Positions 12,376 to 26,000 of a stretch of 64,000 nucleotides of DNA are shown here, in pieces. The notes beneath the pieces were generated by a model, which ran no database searches, had not been told where the DNA came from, and was given only the letters and a program-made list of their open reading frames with translations. Source of the DNA: Octopus sinensis. Its lineage: Eukaryota. The translations under genes were made by a program, and so were the position numbers. The stretch covers positions 2,232,001 through 2,296,000 of the forward strand of contig NC_043019.1 of assembly GCF_006345805.1 (NCBI RefSeq), in the 5' to 3' direction. Position 1 is the first letter of the stretch. Every line of letters begins with the position of its first letter.

Positions 12376-12719
12376 CTCGATTAAAATGTACCACAGCTTT
12401 TTATTTTTAATTTGTACACAAGCAATAGGGAAAAAATTGGGCTTTAAATACTGAATAATAATTATTTAGGTGTAAACAAACACGGGTACACGGCGCAAAA
12501 TAACACCAGCATAGGACGCATACAACGTAAATAAATCTATGTATTGTCACTATGTTGCCTCTCCACCTTTGTCTTTCATCTCTCTTGGGTCAAAATAATT
12601 AACTACCGATCTAATACGATTGGACACAGTGACATCGACTAAGACAAGACTATCAAAACTGCTGCCCTTTTGCCGAAATTAGAATAAAATATTTTGCCTA
12701 TTCATATATATTATTAATT

Positions 12720-13120
12720 ATTATTTGAGGGAATAAAATCCAAACTTACAAGGAAAAAAATTCAATTTAGAAATACTAAATCAAATTTCACACAATATAA
12801 TATATATATAAAATTAGAAAAAAAACCACCATTTATCAATTCAAAATGAACAATTAAATTACACCATCTAGAAAATTATATATAATAGAAATGTTAAAAT
12901 TAAAATAGCAATAAAATGTCAATGATTAAGTAAATTGCAAAACAATAATATTAAAAACGTATATAATTGGTTTTTATTATTACGTTTTTATTTATATTAT
13001 TATTTTTTTGCAATTTACTTAATCATTGACTTTTTATTTTAACATTTCTATTATATGTAATTTTCTAGATGGTGTAATTTAACTGTTCATTTTGAATTGA
13101 TAAGATAGTTTTTTCTATAA
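12720..13120. repeat. AT-rich interspersed repeat with terminal inversion
   Basis: Arm 12815-12961 is inverted at about 12980-13120; same family at 38220-38430 (-) and 55650-55860. Confidence 0.8.
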
Positions 13121-13122
13121 TT

Positions 13123-13175
<53 letters not shown>

Positions 13176-13729
13176 CTTCTGCGTAAGCTAAATATGGTGA
13201 CGAGTAAAAATATTTGTAAATATCATTTATAAGTTTTCACTGTATATATTGAATATAGAAAATAGTTTGATATTGGGGCATATAAAGCCACGATGGAAAG
13301 CAAATGGATGTCAGTACACTTGGGAATTGAACGGAATACGTGAATATACCAGTGAAAACTTACATGTGAATACAGAAGTGAAAACTTATTTTCACTCTTC
13401 ACCGTTTCTTAAATTACGCAGAGTACGCTCATGTTTACACACTTACTGCTATGAAATCATAGTTCCTAAATTAAACGGTATAAAACCGTTGAGTGTTGTT
13501 CTACCCAGTAGTAAATTTATTGCAAAAATAAAAGGTGTAGGTTCGATGCTCATGCGTACCAATAAGCATTTTGTTTTCCGTCGTGATTTTATATACCTCA
13601 ATATTAGACTATTTTGCTATAGTCAATATATACGGTCAAAATTTATACCCATATTTACAATATGTGTGTGTGTGTGTGTGTGCATGTGTGTGTGTGTGTG
13701 CATGTGTGTGTGTGTGTGTGTTGTTTGTT

Positions 13730-13895
13730 GGCGCAGGAGTGGCTGTGTGGTAAGAATCTTGCCTCCCAACCATATAGTTCCGGGTTCAGTCCCACTGCAT
13801 AGCACCTTGGGCAAATGTCTTCTACTATAGCCTCAGGTCGACCAAAAGCTTTGTGAGTGGATTTGTTAGACGGACACTGGAAGAAGCCTGTGGTA
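13730..13895 (+). mobile_element. Family-B tRNA-headed CORE-like SINE, 5' half
   Basis: ggcgcaggagtggctgtgtggtaag...ccgggttcagtcccactgc...caccttgggcaaatgtcttctactatagcc. Confidence 0.82.
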
Positions 13896-14182
13896 TACAT
13901 ATATATATATATATATACACAATCGAAGGAAAACACACACACACACACATATATATATATTCAATCGAAGGAAAAAGCAATTTCCTTCAAAGGGATGGAA
14001 AGCATTCAATATTCATTGGTTCTTCAGTTAAATACCACAATATAGTGGAGAATAAAATCAGAACATAAAATGGTATGATTTCAATATATGAATATTAAAG
14101 GAAGTAGAGAATATAATTGAGATATAAATTTGTTACCATTATAATATAATATAATACTGTAAAGAGATAAAGTGTAATATAA

Positions 14183-14301
14183 CTAGCTGAGGTACTCGGT
14201 AATACCCGGGAACGGGGATTTTCCCAGTACCCTTTACAATGCCTAATTTCTCTCAGACGAAAAATGAAATCAAGATATAGGACAGATAATAGGCGTAAGC
14301 C

Positions 14302-14310
<9 letters not shown>
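14183..14310 (-). mobile_element. Possible short non-autonomous Helitron remnant
   Basis: CTAG at 14183-14186 followed on the minus strand by T, imperfect GC hairpin about 10 nt upstream; other end merges into (TA)n with no clear TC. Confidence 0.4.
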
Positions 14311-14367
<57 letters not shown>

Positions 14368-14377
14368 TATATATAAT

Positions 14378-14782
14378 ATTACATCATATATAAAAGGGCT
14401 TAGTAAAATAAATTACTTTGCCGCATACTGAACTCATTAGAAATAGCAGCTAAAAAAAACTTTTTTAAACTATTTCTAATACTTAAAGAAAACCTCTCTC
14501 ATATAGTGTTTGCTCAATTCAACTCACGAAAGTATGGGGGTAGAGACATTAAAAAATCAAATGCAAAGGTTATTTGAGAACGTATTTGAGAACCTTTGCA
14601 CTTGATTTTTTAATGTCTCTACCCCCATATTTCGTGAGTTGAATTGAGCAACACTATATGAGAGAGGTTTTCTTTAAGTATTAGAAATAATTTTAAAAAA
14701 AGTTTTTTTTAGCTGCTATTTCTAATGAGTTCAGTAATGCGGCAAAGTAATTTATTTTACTAAGCCCTTTATATAATGTAAT
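14378..14782. repeat. About 400-bp near-perfect palindrome
   Basis: Two arms of about 190 bp with only a few differences; 19-nt spacer 14572-14590. Confidence 0.95.
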
Positions 14783-15592
14783 AATTTGAATTCGCCTTAA
14801 ATGGTCCCTTTGGGCATACTGAATACTGGTGAAATTGATTAATTATTAATTTTACCCTCAATTGTTGAAAATATATATATATATAATATATATTATTTCT
14901 ATATATATAAAATATATATATATATATATAATATATATATAATAAAGAAAAAAAAAAGCAACAACGCGAGAAAGTGGTACACGCAAAGTATTAAAAGAGG
15001 CTCAGGGAAGGAAAGAATGTGTCTATGTATGTTTGCATGAATGCATGCACACATGCAACATGCATGCATGTAAGTATCTATGTATCTGTGTATGCATGCA
15101 TGTGTATCGTCGAAGAGCCAGGAGCTGTAATTTTCGTTCGGGGAACAAAAAAAAAAACGCATAGACATATTGTGTTATTAAAATATACTTTGCAGAAAGC
15201 GAGAGCGACAGATGCTCATTTCGCCATTTTGGCTTTAAAGTACATTGTGTTTTTAAACAAGTTACGTCAATAAAGGGATTTTTTTACCCGGACGAATATT
15301 GTAGTTTCTAACCTTTGAACGATATACATGCATTAAGTATGTCATATAGATAAAGATTTCAATCTAGAGCTGGTTCTATTGCAAAGTTCGAATTTTATAC
15401 AAACAGAAATGCATGCTTACATACATAGATATATACATATATGTACGAGTTAAAATGCAAACACACCCGTATATATATATTATATATATATATATATATC
15501 TGCACAATATATATATATACCAGTTTACATATACATTATACATATATTTATATCTATGTTGTGTGCGCTTTTCTATATATATATATTATATC

Positions 15593-15630
<38 letters not shown>

Positions 15631-17136
15631 TTATGTATATATATATATGTATATATGTGTATATATATATATATGTATATATGTATATATATATATATGC
15701 ATATGTATGTATGAATGTATGTCTCCTTTTCTACGTATAGCCCCCTATCTCTTGTTTCTCTTTCACACAATTGGAGAGAGTATCGGTTTATAAATACAGA
15801 ACAACAATTATTTATGCCTCTATATACTCACACTAACGCACGCACATACTTTTCATGCACACATAAACTTGCGTACACACATACCTACACGCACATACAT
15901 ATGCCTGTATGTGTGTGTGTGTATGTATATCTATATACGTACATATGTGTGTGTAGCTATCTATATAGATATGTATATAGATATAGATATACATAGATAC
16001 ACACACACACACACACATATATATATATGCACACACACACGTATATCTATATACGTATGTATCTCTCTCTATGAAACTATAGAACATATTTATCTTTCTC
16101 TCGAGTGATTTATTTTCCCATGTGAAGAAAATAGCTCAAAAAGAAGTAATTTACTATCTTTTTACACGGGCATCAATCAAGGCACTCTCTATTTTCATTC
16201 ACTGCAGATGGCGTGTGAATCAGAACATAGGAATAATAACAACACCAACAAAAACAAAAGTAACAACAAGCATAAATGGGAAACAACAACAACAAAAACA
16301 ACAACCAAAACGAAGACGACAACTTCAACAGCAGCAGTTTTAGAGTTTTGACCCTACCGACTTCATATTTTCCAAGAAATTATACTTCCATCGCAAATGC
16401 AATTAAATTTCTAACAAGAAACGTTTTAAGTTCCACGATAAAACAACACTGTCGCTTTTAATTGGATCGGATAAAAGAGAGTCAGCTCGAAACTTATGTC
16501 ACATGAAAATAAAGAAATATCTCATTCATTTCCCACTGCATTTTATTTTTAATTAATTGATAAAATTATCGGCATCCTATGTCAGACCAAAAAGCAGTTA
16601 AGAGTCGCCCGAAGTCAAAGAAAAGTTTCCTTCAATGCGACACTTTCCTCGAAGCTGACATCACAAACAAGTGACATAAGAATAACTTTATGGGAGGAGG
16701 GAGAAATAACAACATGCCAACTGTCGGGGACAATGGAATAACTGGTGACTAAAGAACAACTCGGGTCTTGTGTTGCTGCAAGATAGGAAAACTGAATATG
16801 AATTGAATCGGCTGAGAGCCAGAGAAGGGGACACTCAATGCAGATGAGAATGCAGCTCGTCCAACATTACCGTGGTACACAACAAACTATAAAAAATTTG
16901 ATGAGATTTATTTGAATACAAGATCCAAGCTCATCTGGTAACGCTGAAAGCGATAAAAATATATAACTGAATGTGAAGGAAACTTGATATTAATGAGAAC
17001 ATTTAGAATATTGTTGTTGTATTTAGGAATGGTCATTTTGCCAGTTTAGCCAATGAAAAAACACACGCACTATATATTTGGTGTTACTTTGCTTCAGCGT
17101 TATTTATTTTTTACATTAATCTTAATATTATTTCGG

Positions 17137-17176
17137 CCAGAGTTCTTTCGTCACACTTCTGTGACTTCATCAGTGG
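17137..17176 (-). ncRNA. Minimal type I hammerhead ribozyme
   Basis: Minus strand: CCA CTGATGA A GTCACA-GAAG-TGTGAC GAAA GAAC TC TGG. Canonical core, perfect 6-bp stem II, extra A after A9, 3-bp stem I. Confidence 0.72.
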
Positions 17177-17397
17177 TCCTTTGCTTTCTTCTTTCTTATT
17201 TGTGTGTCTCTCCTTACTAACGGTCAGCCATTTTGTATTATCTTTGAAACATTAAGAAAGCTTCAGATTGTTTACTATCATATAACTATACAAAATATTT
17301 ACAATTATTATTGCTGTTGTTTTTTCATCTACAGATGATCCCTAGTCAAGAAAATCCATGGTTAAACGTGTCTTTCTGGCTATGGAAATACCTTTTA

Positions 17398-17686
17398 CCT
17401 TGTACTTGTTTCAGTCAATAGACTGCGGCCATGCTGGAGCATCACCTTGAAGAATTTTTAGTCGAAAGAGTCGACCCCAGTACTTGATTTTAGCCTGGTA
17501 GTTATACGGTCGTTCTATTTTGCCAAACCGCTATGTCACGAAGTTACGGGGACGTAAGAAAACAACACCGATTGTCAAGCGATGATGAGAAATAAACAAA
17601 GACACACCCCACGCATATATATATATATACACACAACACATATATATATATATATATATACCACACACACATATACATATATATAT

Positions 17687-17739
<53 letters not shown>

Positions 17740-17882
17740 TGTGTGTGTGTATATATATATATAAATAGATGAGTGTATTTTTACCTTGTTAACAATTAAC
17801 AAGGAAAAATAAATAAATAGTTACCAGGGCAGCAAAACATAAAAAATATTTGATTACACCTGCGTTAACTCCATTTTTTTTA

Positions 17883-17917
<35 letters not shown>

Positions 17918-18070
17918 GACTACCTTTTTCAGTTTCAGTCTACCGAATCCACTCACAAGGGCTTTGGTTTGCTTGAGGCTATATAGTAGAAAACACTTGA
18001 CCACAGTGCCACGCAGTGGGAAAGAACCTGTATCGTAGTTTAAGAAGCACGCTTCTTACCGCACAGCCAA
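17398..18070 (-). mobile_element. Family-B SINE split by microsatellite expansion
   Basis: 3' part 17398-17600 and head 17925-18070 separated by (TA)n/(CA)n tracts and unique sequence. Confidence 0.7.
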
Positions 18071-19370
18071 ACCTGTACATTTTCCATTTTGTTACCGACT
18101 CATTCTGTTTATACTTCTACGACAATATAGTGTAATTGGAAAAGGATTTGGTTAATATTTCTAGCTAGTCGATGAACCACAAAGAAGCAGTTTCATTGCC
18201 TAGTAACTTATCTCTGAGTGGTTACTGCAAGTGATTAATATCTCCTATTTCCAACGTGTTGGTCTCATTGTTTATTTTAATAACTTCATTTCAAAAAAAT
18301 TTTTAATATTTGTATTTTCATTTTATCTTCTGTATTGGTTTTACTCAACAAGATGGCATGCATTGCCCCGTGGTTCGGGAGTTTTCTTCGAAGCACGAAG
18401 TCGCGATCTCGGTATCACTGCGTACAAATCTCTGGTGTTAATCGATAACTTGTTACTGGAGTTTGTAAAACTAAAACATCCCAGAATCCCATCGTGAATA
18501 TGTGTGCTCATACATATATATACATGCACATTTATATGTATGTATATATATACATACGTATGTATATATATATATATGACGGGAAGCTTTATGAAAATAA
18601 ACAAAAGACGAAGGCAGGTGGAAAACAAACGAACAATTGTATTAGTATGGCGCTCAGGAAATATAAATAAAACAAGTCTTTATATATATATATATGTATG
18701 TATATATATATATATATATATAAAGAAAAAAACGGGTACATCCTTTTCAATTCCACATTTCTGCTAAAACGGACAGGTTAGTAACAACCTCACCACTACA
18801 TTAATGTAAATCTTTTTGAACTCATAATATTCTGTACCGAACTTTTTTTAATAATTCCTCCTGGAAATTACCCTGAGATGTATAATATATTTGTTTTAAT
18901 CTTTTTTGCCCATTTTTTCAATGAGCTTGTTAAACTTTTTTATATTCTCAACATACTGTTGTCACCAAAGACTGTATATTTATATGGATTATAGCACTCT
19001 GTGTCAACCAATATTCTGTGCATGTTTGAATATACAGATACAGTACCAATATCAATTCCTTCTGGAAACTATCTTAAGTATGTCCTTGAGAACGATTATT
19101 TATGTAATCTTTTTTACCCAATATTTTAAGGAACTTGTTGAACTTTTTTATGTCCTTAACATGTCCCTGTTACCAAAGACTGTATATATATATGTAATGT
19201 AGCAATTTGCAACAACCAATAATTAACGCAACCAAACTTCCACATGTTACTTTTGACAATCTTTTTCCAAAGAGTGAAACCGGTAAAGTAAATAAACATC
19301 TTTTAAATCGCATTTTCAAGCCTTCTTTCGTACATAATTCCACTCGTGCGGTACCCCACAACTCACTTTG

Positions 19371-19424
<54 letters not shown>

Positions 19425-19453
19425 CGTACATACATACATACATATACATATAC

Positions 19454-19491
<38 letters not shown>

Positions 19492-19799
19492 TAGATAGAT
19501 ATATATATATATATATATAATATATATATATATATATAATATACAACAAATATTATTTTCTCACGTTAAATGGAAACAAATGTGTTTAAAAGATTGCAAA
19601 AAGGAAGTGCTCAAATGAAACTGAGACAAGATAAAAAAAAAGAAAAAGAAAAACATTGATTAGAGAACAAAGATCAAATTCGAGGCAACGACTTTATATA
19701 ACACCATACATTTGATCATATATAAATATTTTCAGGAGCGGTTGACTCCAACCTACCTTGGTTGAACTTTTTTGACATAGAATCGGGTTTTGAAAGAAT

Positions 19800-20141
19800 A
19801 CAGGGGCTTCTGAAAATTCTTTCAAAACCCGATTCTCTTCGCATAAAAATTCCTTTAAATACCCCGAAAATAGGACGAAGACCAGCCTGGCGAAATATAT
19901 CAGGGAATTAAAAGAAAAAGAAGCCCGACCTTTCAACGTGACATGGAGTATTTTGGATAGAGCTGCACCATACAGGCAAGGTAAACATAAAAGCCCCCTC
20001 AAGTGCGATTTATGCCTGCTGGAGAAATATTTCATTTTATTCCAGGACAATAATTCTTTAAATCAAAGAAGCGAACTCTTGAATTCTTGCAGACACGCAG
20101 CTAAATTTAAAATGTCGGCTAGCAATATACTATATGGATAG
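19800..20141 (+). mobile_element. Penelope-like GIY-YIG endonuclease C-terminal remnant
   Basis: Open frame TGASENSFKTRFSSHKNSFKYPENRTKTSLAKYIRELKEK...VTWSILDRAAPY...KCDLCLLEKYFIL...LNQRSELLNSCRH is the typical PLE endonuclease C-terminus. Confidence 0.88.
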
Positions 20142-20779
20142 CGTATATTTTTGCTTCTTGGACTAGTTTTTAATCACACTGTTGGATTTGTTCCTTATTA
20201 CGCATGATTTATTCCGCATCGCAAAATTATTGTATATATTTCGGCATATTTCTCAAGGAAAACCTTCGACTGTTATATACAAATAATATTTTCTTGTTTA
20301 GGATTCTGCTTTTATTTCATTTTATTGTATTTTATAAAACCATTTTAATTGATCAATTTATAGACAATTCGATATAGGGTTTTGCATGTGTTTTATCCGA
20401 ATTTTATTATTATACACTCAGCAATTTTTAAATAATGTTGTTTGTATAAACGTCAGGACCTAGACATGTTTTTATGTGGATATTTGTATTGTTGACATGC
20501 ATGTATATTCGTATGTATGCGCCTATGTATATGTGTAAGTAAGCATGTATGTTTATATTGATGGATATGTATGCATGTATTCACTTGAATTTGTGTGGAT
20601 GTGTATTTACGTACTTATCTCTATATATTTATATATGTGTTCTTATATATGTATTTACTGCTAATATACACTTTTATATACACATGTATACGTAATTTTA
20701 TTTTGTGTACGTTCGTTACGCATATTCAGACTTCTTTCTTCCTTTCTTTTGTTGCGGAAAAATATTTTCTTGTGACATA

Positions 20780-21131
<352 letters not shown>

Positions 21132-21809
21132 TGCAAGATATTTTCGTATTTGCGATGCCCGCAGAGTTGCTTCTGAAAAATTTTGAACAGAGTTCAAAAT
21201 TTTATCAAACGTCTTCCAAGGGTTGATGCAATAGCTGTTATCCAATCAACACACCCACTGAAGCTTGAAAGTTAAAATAGTGCAAGTAAGAAGCCATTAT
21301 TATTTTAAGGCTGTTTCTAGTTGTTAAATAAAGTAATCTGATATGATCTTTACCAAAGGTTTCGTGGGAAGGAACGATATAAAAGTAAAAATAAAAACGA
21401 TAAAAACCAAATGCAACATGAAAATAAAATCATATCACACTGTATTCTATTCTTAATGAAATTTTTATCAATTCAAATCCAAGGGTTGTCTCCCCTTCCT
21501 TTCTAAACCGGAATTAGTCCTTATGATAATCCATTATTTCTCATCAAAACGGATTCAATTTTCTTTGATTAAAATCTCTTGGCTCACTATTGCTTAGTTT
21601 GTTAGTACCATTGTGTTACTTTTTTTTTAGCGCAGAGGGCGTCGCTGGACTTGTTACTGAAAATCACGAGCAATTCTTAAATATTCAAAGCGTCGAACCG
21701 TCAAATATAAACACTGAATAATCAAATGTTTAAAACAAAAAAAAAATTAATAAAATATGTATAATTCTAGAAAAGATGCAGATTGTTTTCGTTTCGTTAT
21801 TATTAACTG

Positions 21810-22163
21810 CCATCATTGTGGCGTCGTAGTCATCATTATCATCATCATTATTATTACTACTACCGTCATCATATCATTTTCATCGTCATCATCTCATCAT
21901 CATCATCTTCATCATCATCATCATCATTATCATCATCATTATTATTACTACTACCGTCATCATATCATTTTCATCGTCATCATCTCATCATCATCATCTT
22001 CATCATCATCATCATCATCATTATCATCATCATTATTATTACTACTACCGTCATCATATCATTTTCATCGTCATCATCTCATCATCATCATCTTCATCAT
22101 CATCATCATCATTATCATCATCATCATCAGCAGCAGCAGCAATATTATTATTATTATTATTAT

Positions 22164-22213
<50 letters not shown>

Positions 22214-22403
22214 ACCGTTCAAGAATTTGGACCTGGAGATCTCCATTTCCAGCGACTTCGAGGGCCATATCCCAGTGGTGTCGGGCGTCAACGAAAGGCA
22301 CTCGAATACAAGACGACCAAATTTTTTTTTTCAAAGATCTGGGGGGTCTCCCGCCCCTAAGCCCTAGACCATCACCTAATCACCCTTAACCGTCTTGTTG
22401 CTT

Positions 22404-22443
<40 letters not shown>

Positions 22444-22749
22444 GCAGTAGCAATGACAGCAACAGCAGCAGTGGTAGTGGTGGTGGTGACGGCGGTGACG
22501 GTTGTGGTGGTGGTAGTAGTAGTATTAGTGGTGGTGAGGGTGGTGGTGGTGGTGGATTTGGTGGTGGTGGTGGTGGTGGTGGATTTGGTGGAGGTGGAGG
22601 TGATGGTGGTGATGGTGGTGGTGGTGGTGGTGGTGGTGGGGTGGTGGTGGTGGTGGTGGTGGTGGTGGTGGTGGATTTGGTAGAGGTGGTGGTGGTGGTG
22701 GTGGTGGTGGTATGAATTTGGTGGTGGTGGTGGTATGGATTTGGTGGTG

Positions 22750-22798
<49 letters not shown>

Positions 22799-22800
22799 AT
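21810..22800. repeat. Compound trinucleotide microsatellite block (CAT, TAT, AGT, AAC, GGT)
   Basis: Successive triplet tracts; includes a 91-94 bp higher-order repeat and a unique spacer at about 22213-22390. Confidence 0.95.
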
Positions 22801-23290
22801 TAAATCTCTCCATTATTTTTTTTCCAAATCGCCAAAGCAAAGCAAGGCTGTTTTAGATCTGAGATTGTAATGGGTGGGAACTAGTGTAAAAATAAACATT
22901 GGAAAAGACTCAAAACTGTGTTAGCAGATTTTGCAGAAAATATCCGAAAGGAGCGACGACGTCAAAAATGCTTGTGTTGTGATATTCTTTCCTTTTAATT
23001 AGTAATGATCAATAAGTTAAGCATATGTTTTTACAGGCCAGCATTCAAACTGCTCATTACTGCGGAAAGAGCCTACGGTCAACATTACTTTGTATAATAG
23101 AGCCACGAGATGTTTTCTTACAAATAATCTGCGCTTACGAATTGTGTTTGGCAAAATCTGTTTTCATTTTCTTTATCCGCTGGCCTGAAATGATACGTTC
23201 ACACGAAAAAAACAGAAAGACACACACATATACATATATACATACATACGTACATACACATACACATATATATGTATGTATATATATATG

Positions 23291-23322
<32 letters not shown>

Positions 23323-23327
23323 TGTAT

Positions 23328-23365
<38 letters not shown>

Positions 23366-23457
23366 ATATGTATATATATATGTGTGAGTGTGTGTGTGTG
23401 TACATCTGTCTGTTTGTGTGTGTATATATATATATATATATGCACACACAGATGTAT

Positions 23458-23504
<47 letters not shown>

Positions 23505-23814
23505 TACATAGACATACACACATACGTATAAATATTTACATACATATACATGTGTGTGTGTGTGTGTGTGTACACATATCTGAAAAACTATAAGTGATGT
23601 ATTTATAATAAGGTAGAAACGCTAAATTGGATTATGTTAATGAGCCGGAGGAGAAGAAATTATCTCTGTTTCAGTGATTTTACTATTTGGTTTCTCACGG
23701 TAGTTCTAACTAAAACGCCTCAATGTTTGGAATTTGGTATTCTACCGGAGTGGCAGTTTCCTTTAACTCAAATGAATCCTCCAATATTTGTCGAATCATA
23801 ACTATCTGGTAACA

Positions 23815-23942
23815 TAAAGTTGTTGTTGGTCTTCTTCTTCTTCTTCTTCTTCTTCTTCTTCTTCTTCTTCTTCTTCTTCTTCTTCTTCTTCTTCTTCTTC
23901 TCCTTCCTTTTCTTCTTCTTCTTCTCATTATTATTATTATTA

Positions 23943-23995
<53 letters not shown>

Positions 23996-24150
23996 TCCTC
24001 CTTTGTCTTCTTCTTCGTCTTGTTTCTTCTCCTTTTTCTCCTCCTCCTTATTCTTTGGTTCTTCATCTCCTCCTGCTACTTCTCTTCCTTATTTTTTCTT
24101 CCTCCTCTTCATCCTTCTTCTCCTCCCCCTCTTCTCCTTCTTCTTCTTCT
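23815..24150. repeat. (TTC)n/(TTA)n/(TCC)n microsatellite block
   Basis: Direct reading. Confidence 0.95.
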
Positions 24151-25339
24151 TGTTTAGCCCCAGAACTTGCAGCCTTCCAGTCGTCACTATACTGTCGTTC
24201 AATCACTGGCTATGGAAGAGTAAGTGCCGTCTGGAGCAGCCCTTAAACTTACCGCCCTCAATACCCCGAACTTTGAAACCTTATATAGCAAACTCAGAAG
24301 TGCTGCCCTCACAAAAGCATCAGTCCCTGCGGTTTTTCTTACTTCGCGCATTTGTATGATGTGAAACATATCTGACTCAGTGTAAAATGGCGGCTTACTG
24401 AATGTAATATTTCCAGAAAGTCAACCATTTATTCTTCAGATCTGCATTTTCATCTGGGAGCTGATGCTGTCTAAATATGTCTCGGAAGTTGCAGAACACA
24501 GAATGCATAAATGGGAGATAATAGGCGGAAACACCATTAAATATGAGTGGTTTTATAGAAGTTATCATGTACATCATAGAAAAATACGACATAATCGCAG
24601 AAACGCATACTCCACTAAATAAAAGAAATGAGATTATATCATATTGTAAATAGATACCAAAATAAATTTATCATCAAAAAATGCGATCTGAACTGTAAAC
24701 GGTGTAAAATAGCCTCTAATACTTTAACAGCTTCAATGCCACATAAAAAAATAAACATAGACACTTGTAAGAATCGAACCACAAAAAAAAAACGCCCCAA
24801 AATAAATATACAATGCACAACTCACTAACAATCTTTCCTTAAAACGCACACAAAGACACACAATTACGCACTATAACAGAAAATCATTTAGCCATATATA
24901 ATTTATATACCAGATTCCCCGATATACGGTATCTGATGTATAAAATCCTTTAATCTTAACCAAACACGCAAGCATATACACGTACACAAGCATACATACA
25001 ACACACACACATGCACGTACATACACGCAAATAGAAACTTATTATCAAAGCCAACCGCAAAATATTATCGGCCCTGGATCGTTACGCAGCACCCTTGAAG
25101 TACAATAGAAATCTCCTCTCCCCTCCAAATAATTTTTTTCCATAAACAAATAAATATCCTCTAATGAGCAAAACAGATTTGATCAAAACATATACTTACA
25201 CAAACACACACACATCTTTCAGCAACAAATAACCTTAATGAGATAAACACAAATTTATCAAATAAACATTATAAGACAACTTTTCCCATAAACTTAGTAT
25301 GAATAATCATTTCAAATTACTTTGGTACAAAGCTAGAAA

Positions 25340-25520
25340 TGTTTAGGGGCAAGTGGGTAGTCGACTTTGGTACTTGATTGATACTTAATTGTTTCGACGC
25401 CCGAAAAGATGAAAGGCAAAGTTGATCTGAGTAGAATTTGAACCGAGAACATAAAGAGCAGGAAAAATGCTGCACAGCATTTTGTCCGATATTCTAACGT
25501 TACCAACGGCTCGCTGCCTT
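25340..25520 (-). mobile_element. Degenerate family-A SINE
   Basis: cgacgcccgaaaagatgaaaggcaaagttgatc...ggctcgctgcctt. Confidence 0.7.
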
Positions 25521-25823
25521 AAACTTAGTAAAAATTATTTGTTTTATTTTAAAGACGTAAACACGTTAAAGTACGTCAAATACGATGAACATAAATTCAA
25601 AAAAACAGTCAATCAAGAGTTTAAAATGTAACATCCAATCAATCGACTTACCAATCACTATAGACAAAACGAGAGAAAAGCTACAATTAGTCTAGAACCA
25701 TCCCGATGGTCTTGGCATTTCTTCGATATTCAATGAAAATGTGTCGAATAACGGTCTTTTAATAAGGAACACAAAACAAAACCATTGTGCCAAGCTAATA
25801 ACGAACATATACATATATATATA

Positions 25824-25871
<48 letters not shown>

Positions 25872-25872
<1 letters not shown>

Positions 25873-26000
25873 TATGGCTTCCACACAATTCTGTCTACTA
25901 AACTCATTCACAAGGCTCTGGTTAGTCCGGAGTTATTATAGTAAAACGCTTAGACGTGCGCTGCGCAATTAACTCGAAACTGAATGGTCGCAAATCTGAT
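25872..26000 (-). mobile_element. Degenerate family-B SINE head
   Basis: ctgtctactaaactcattcacaaggc...ttcttaaccacgcagccatgc. Confidence 0.6.

Noticed and set aside
22376-22840. Poly-Pro/Thr ORF resembling a formin or extensin
   Set aside because: It is entirely (GGT)n/(AGT)n microsatellite, starts at a non-ATG codon and has no flanking domain.
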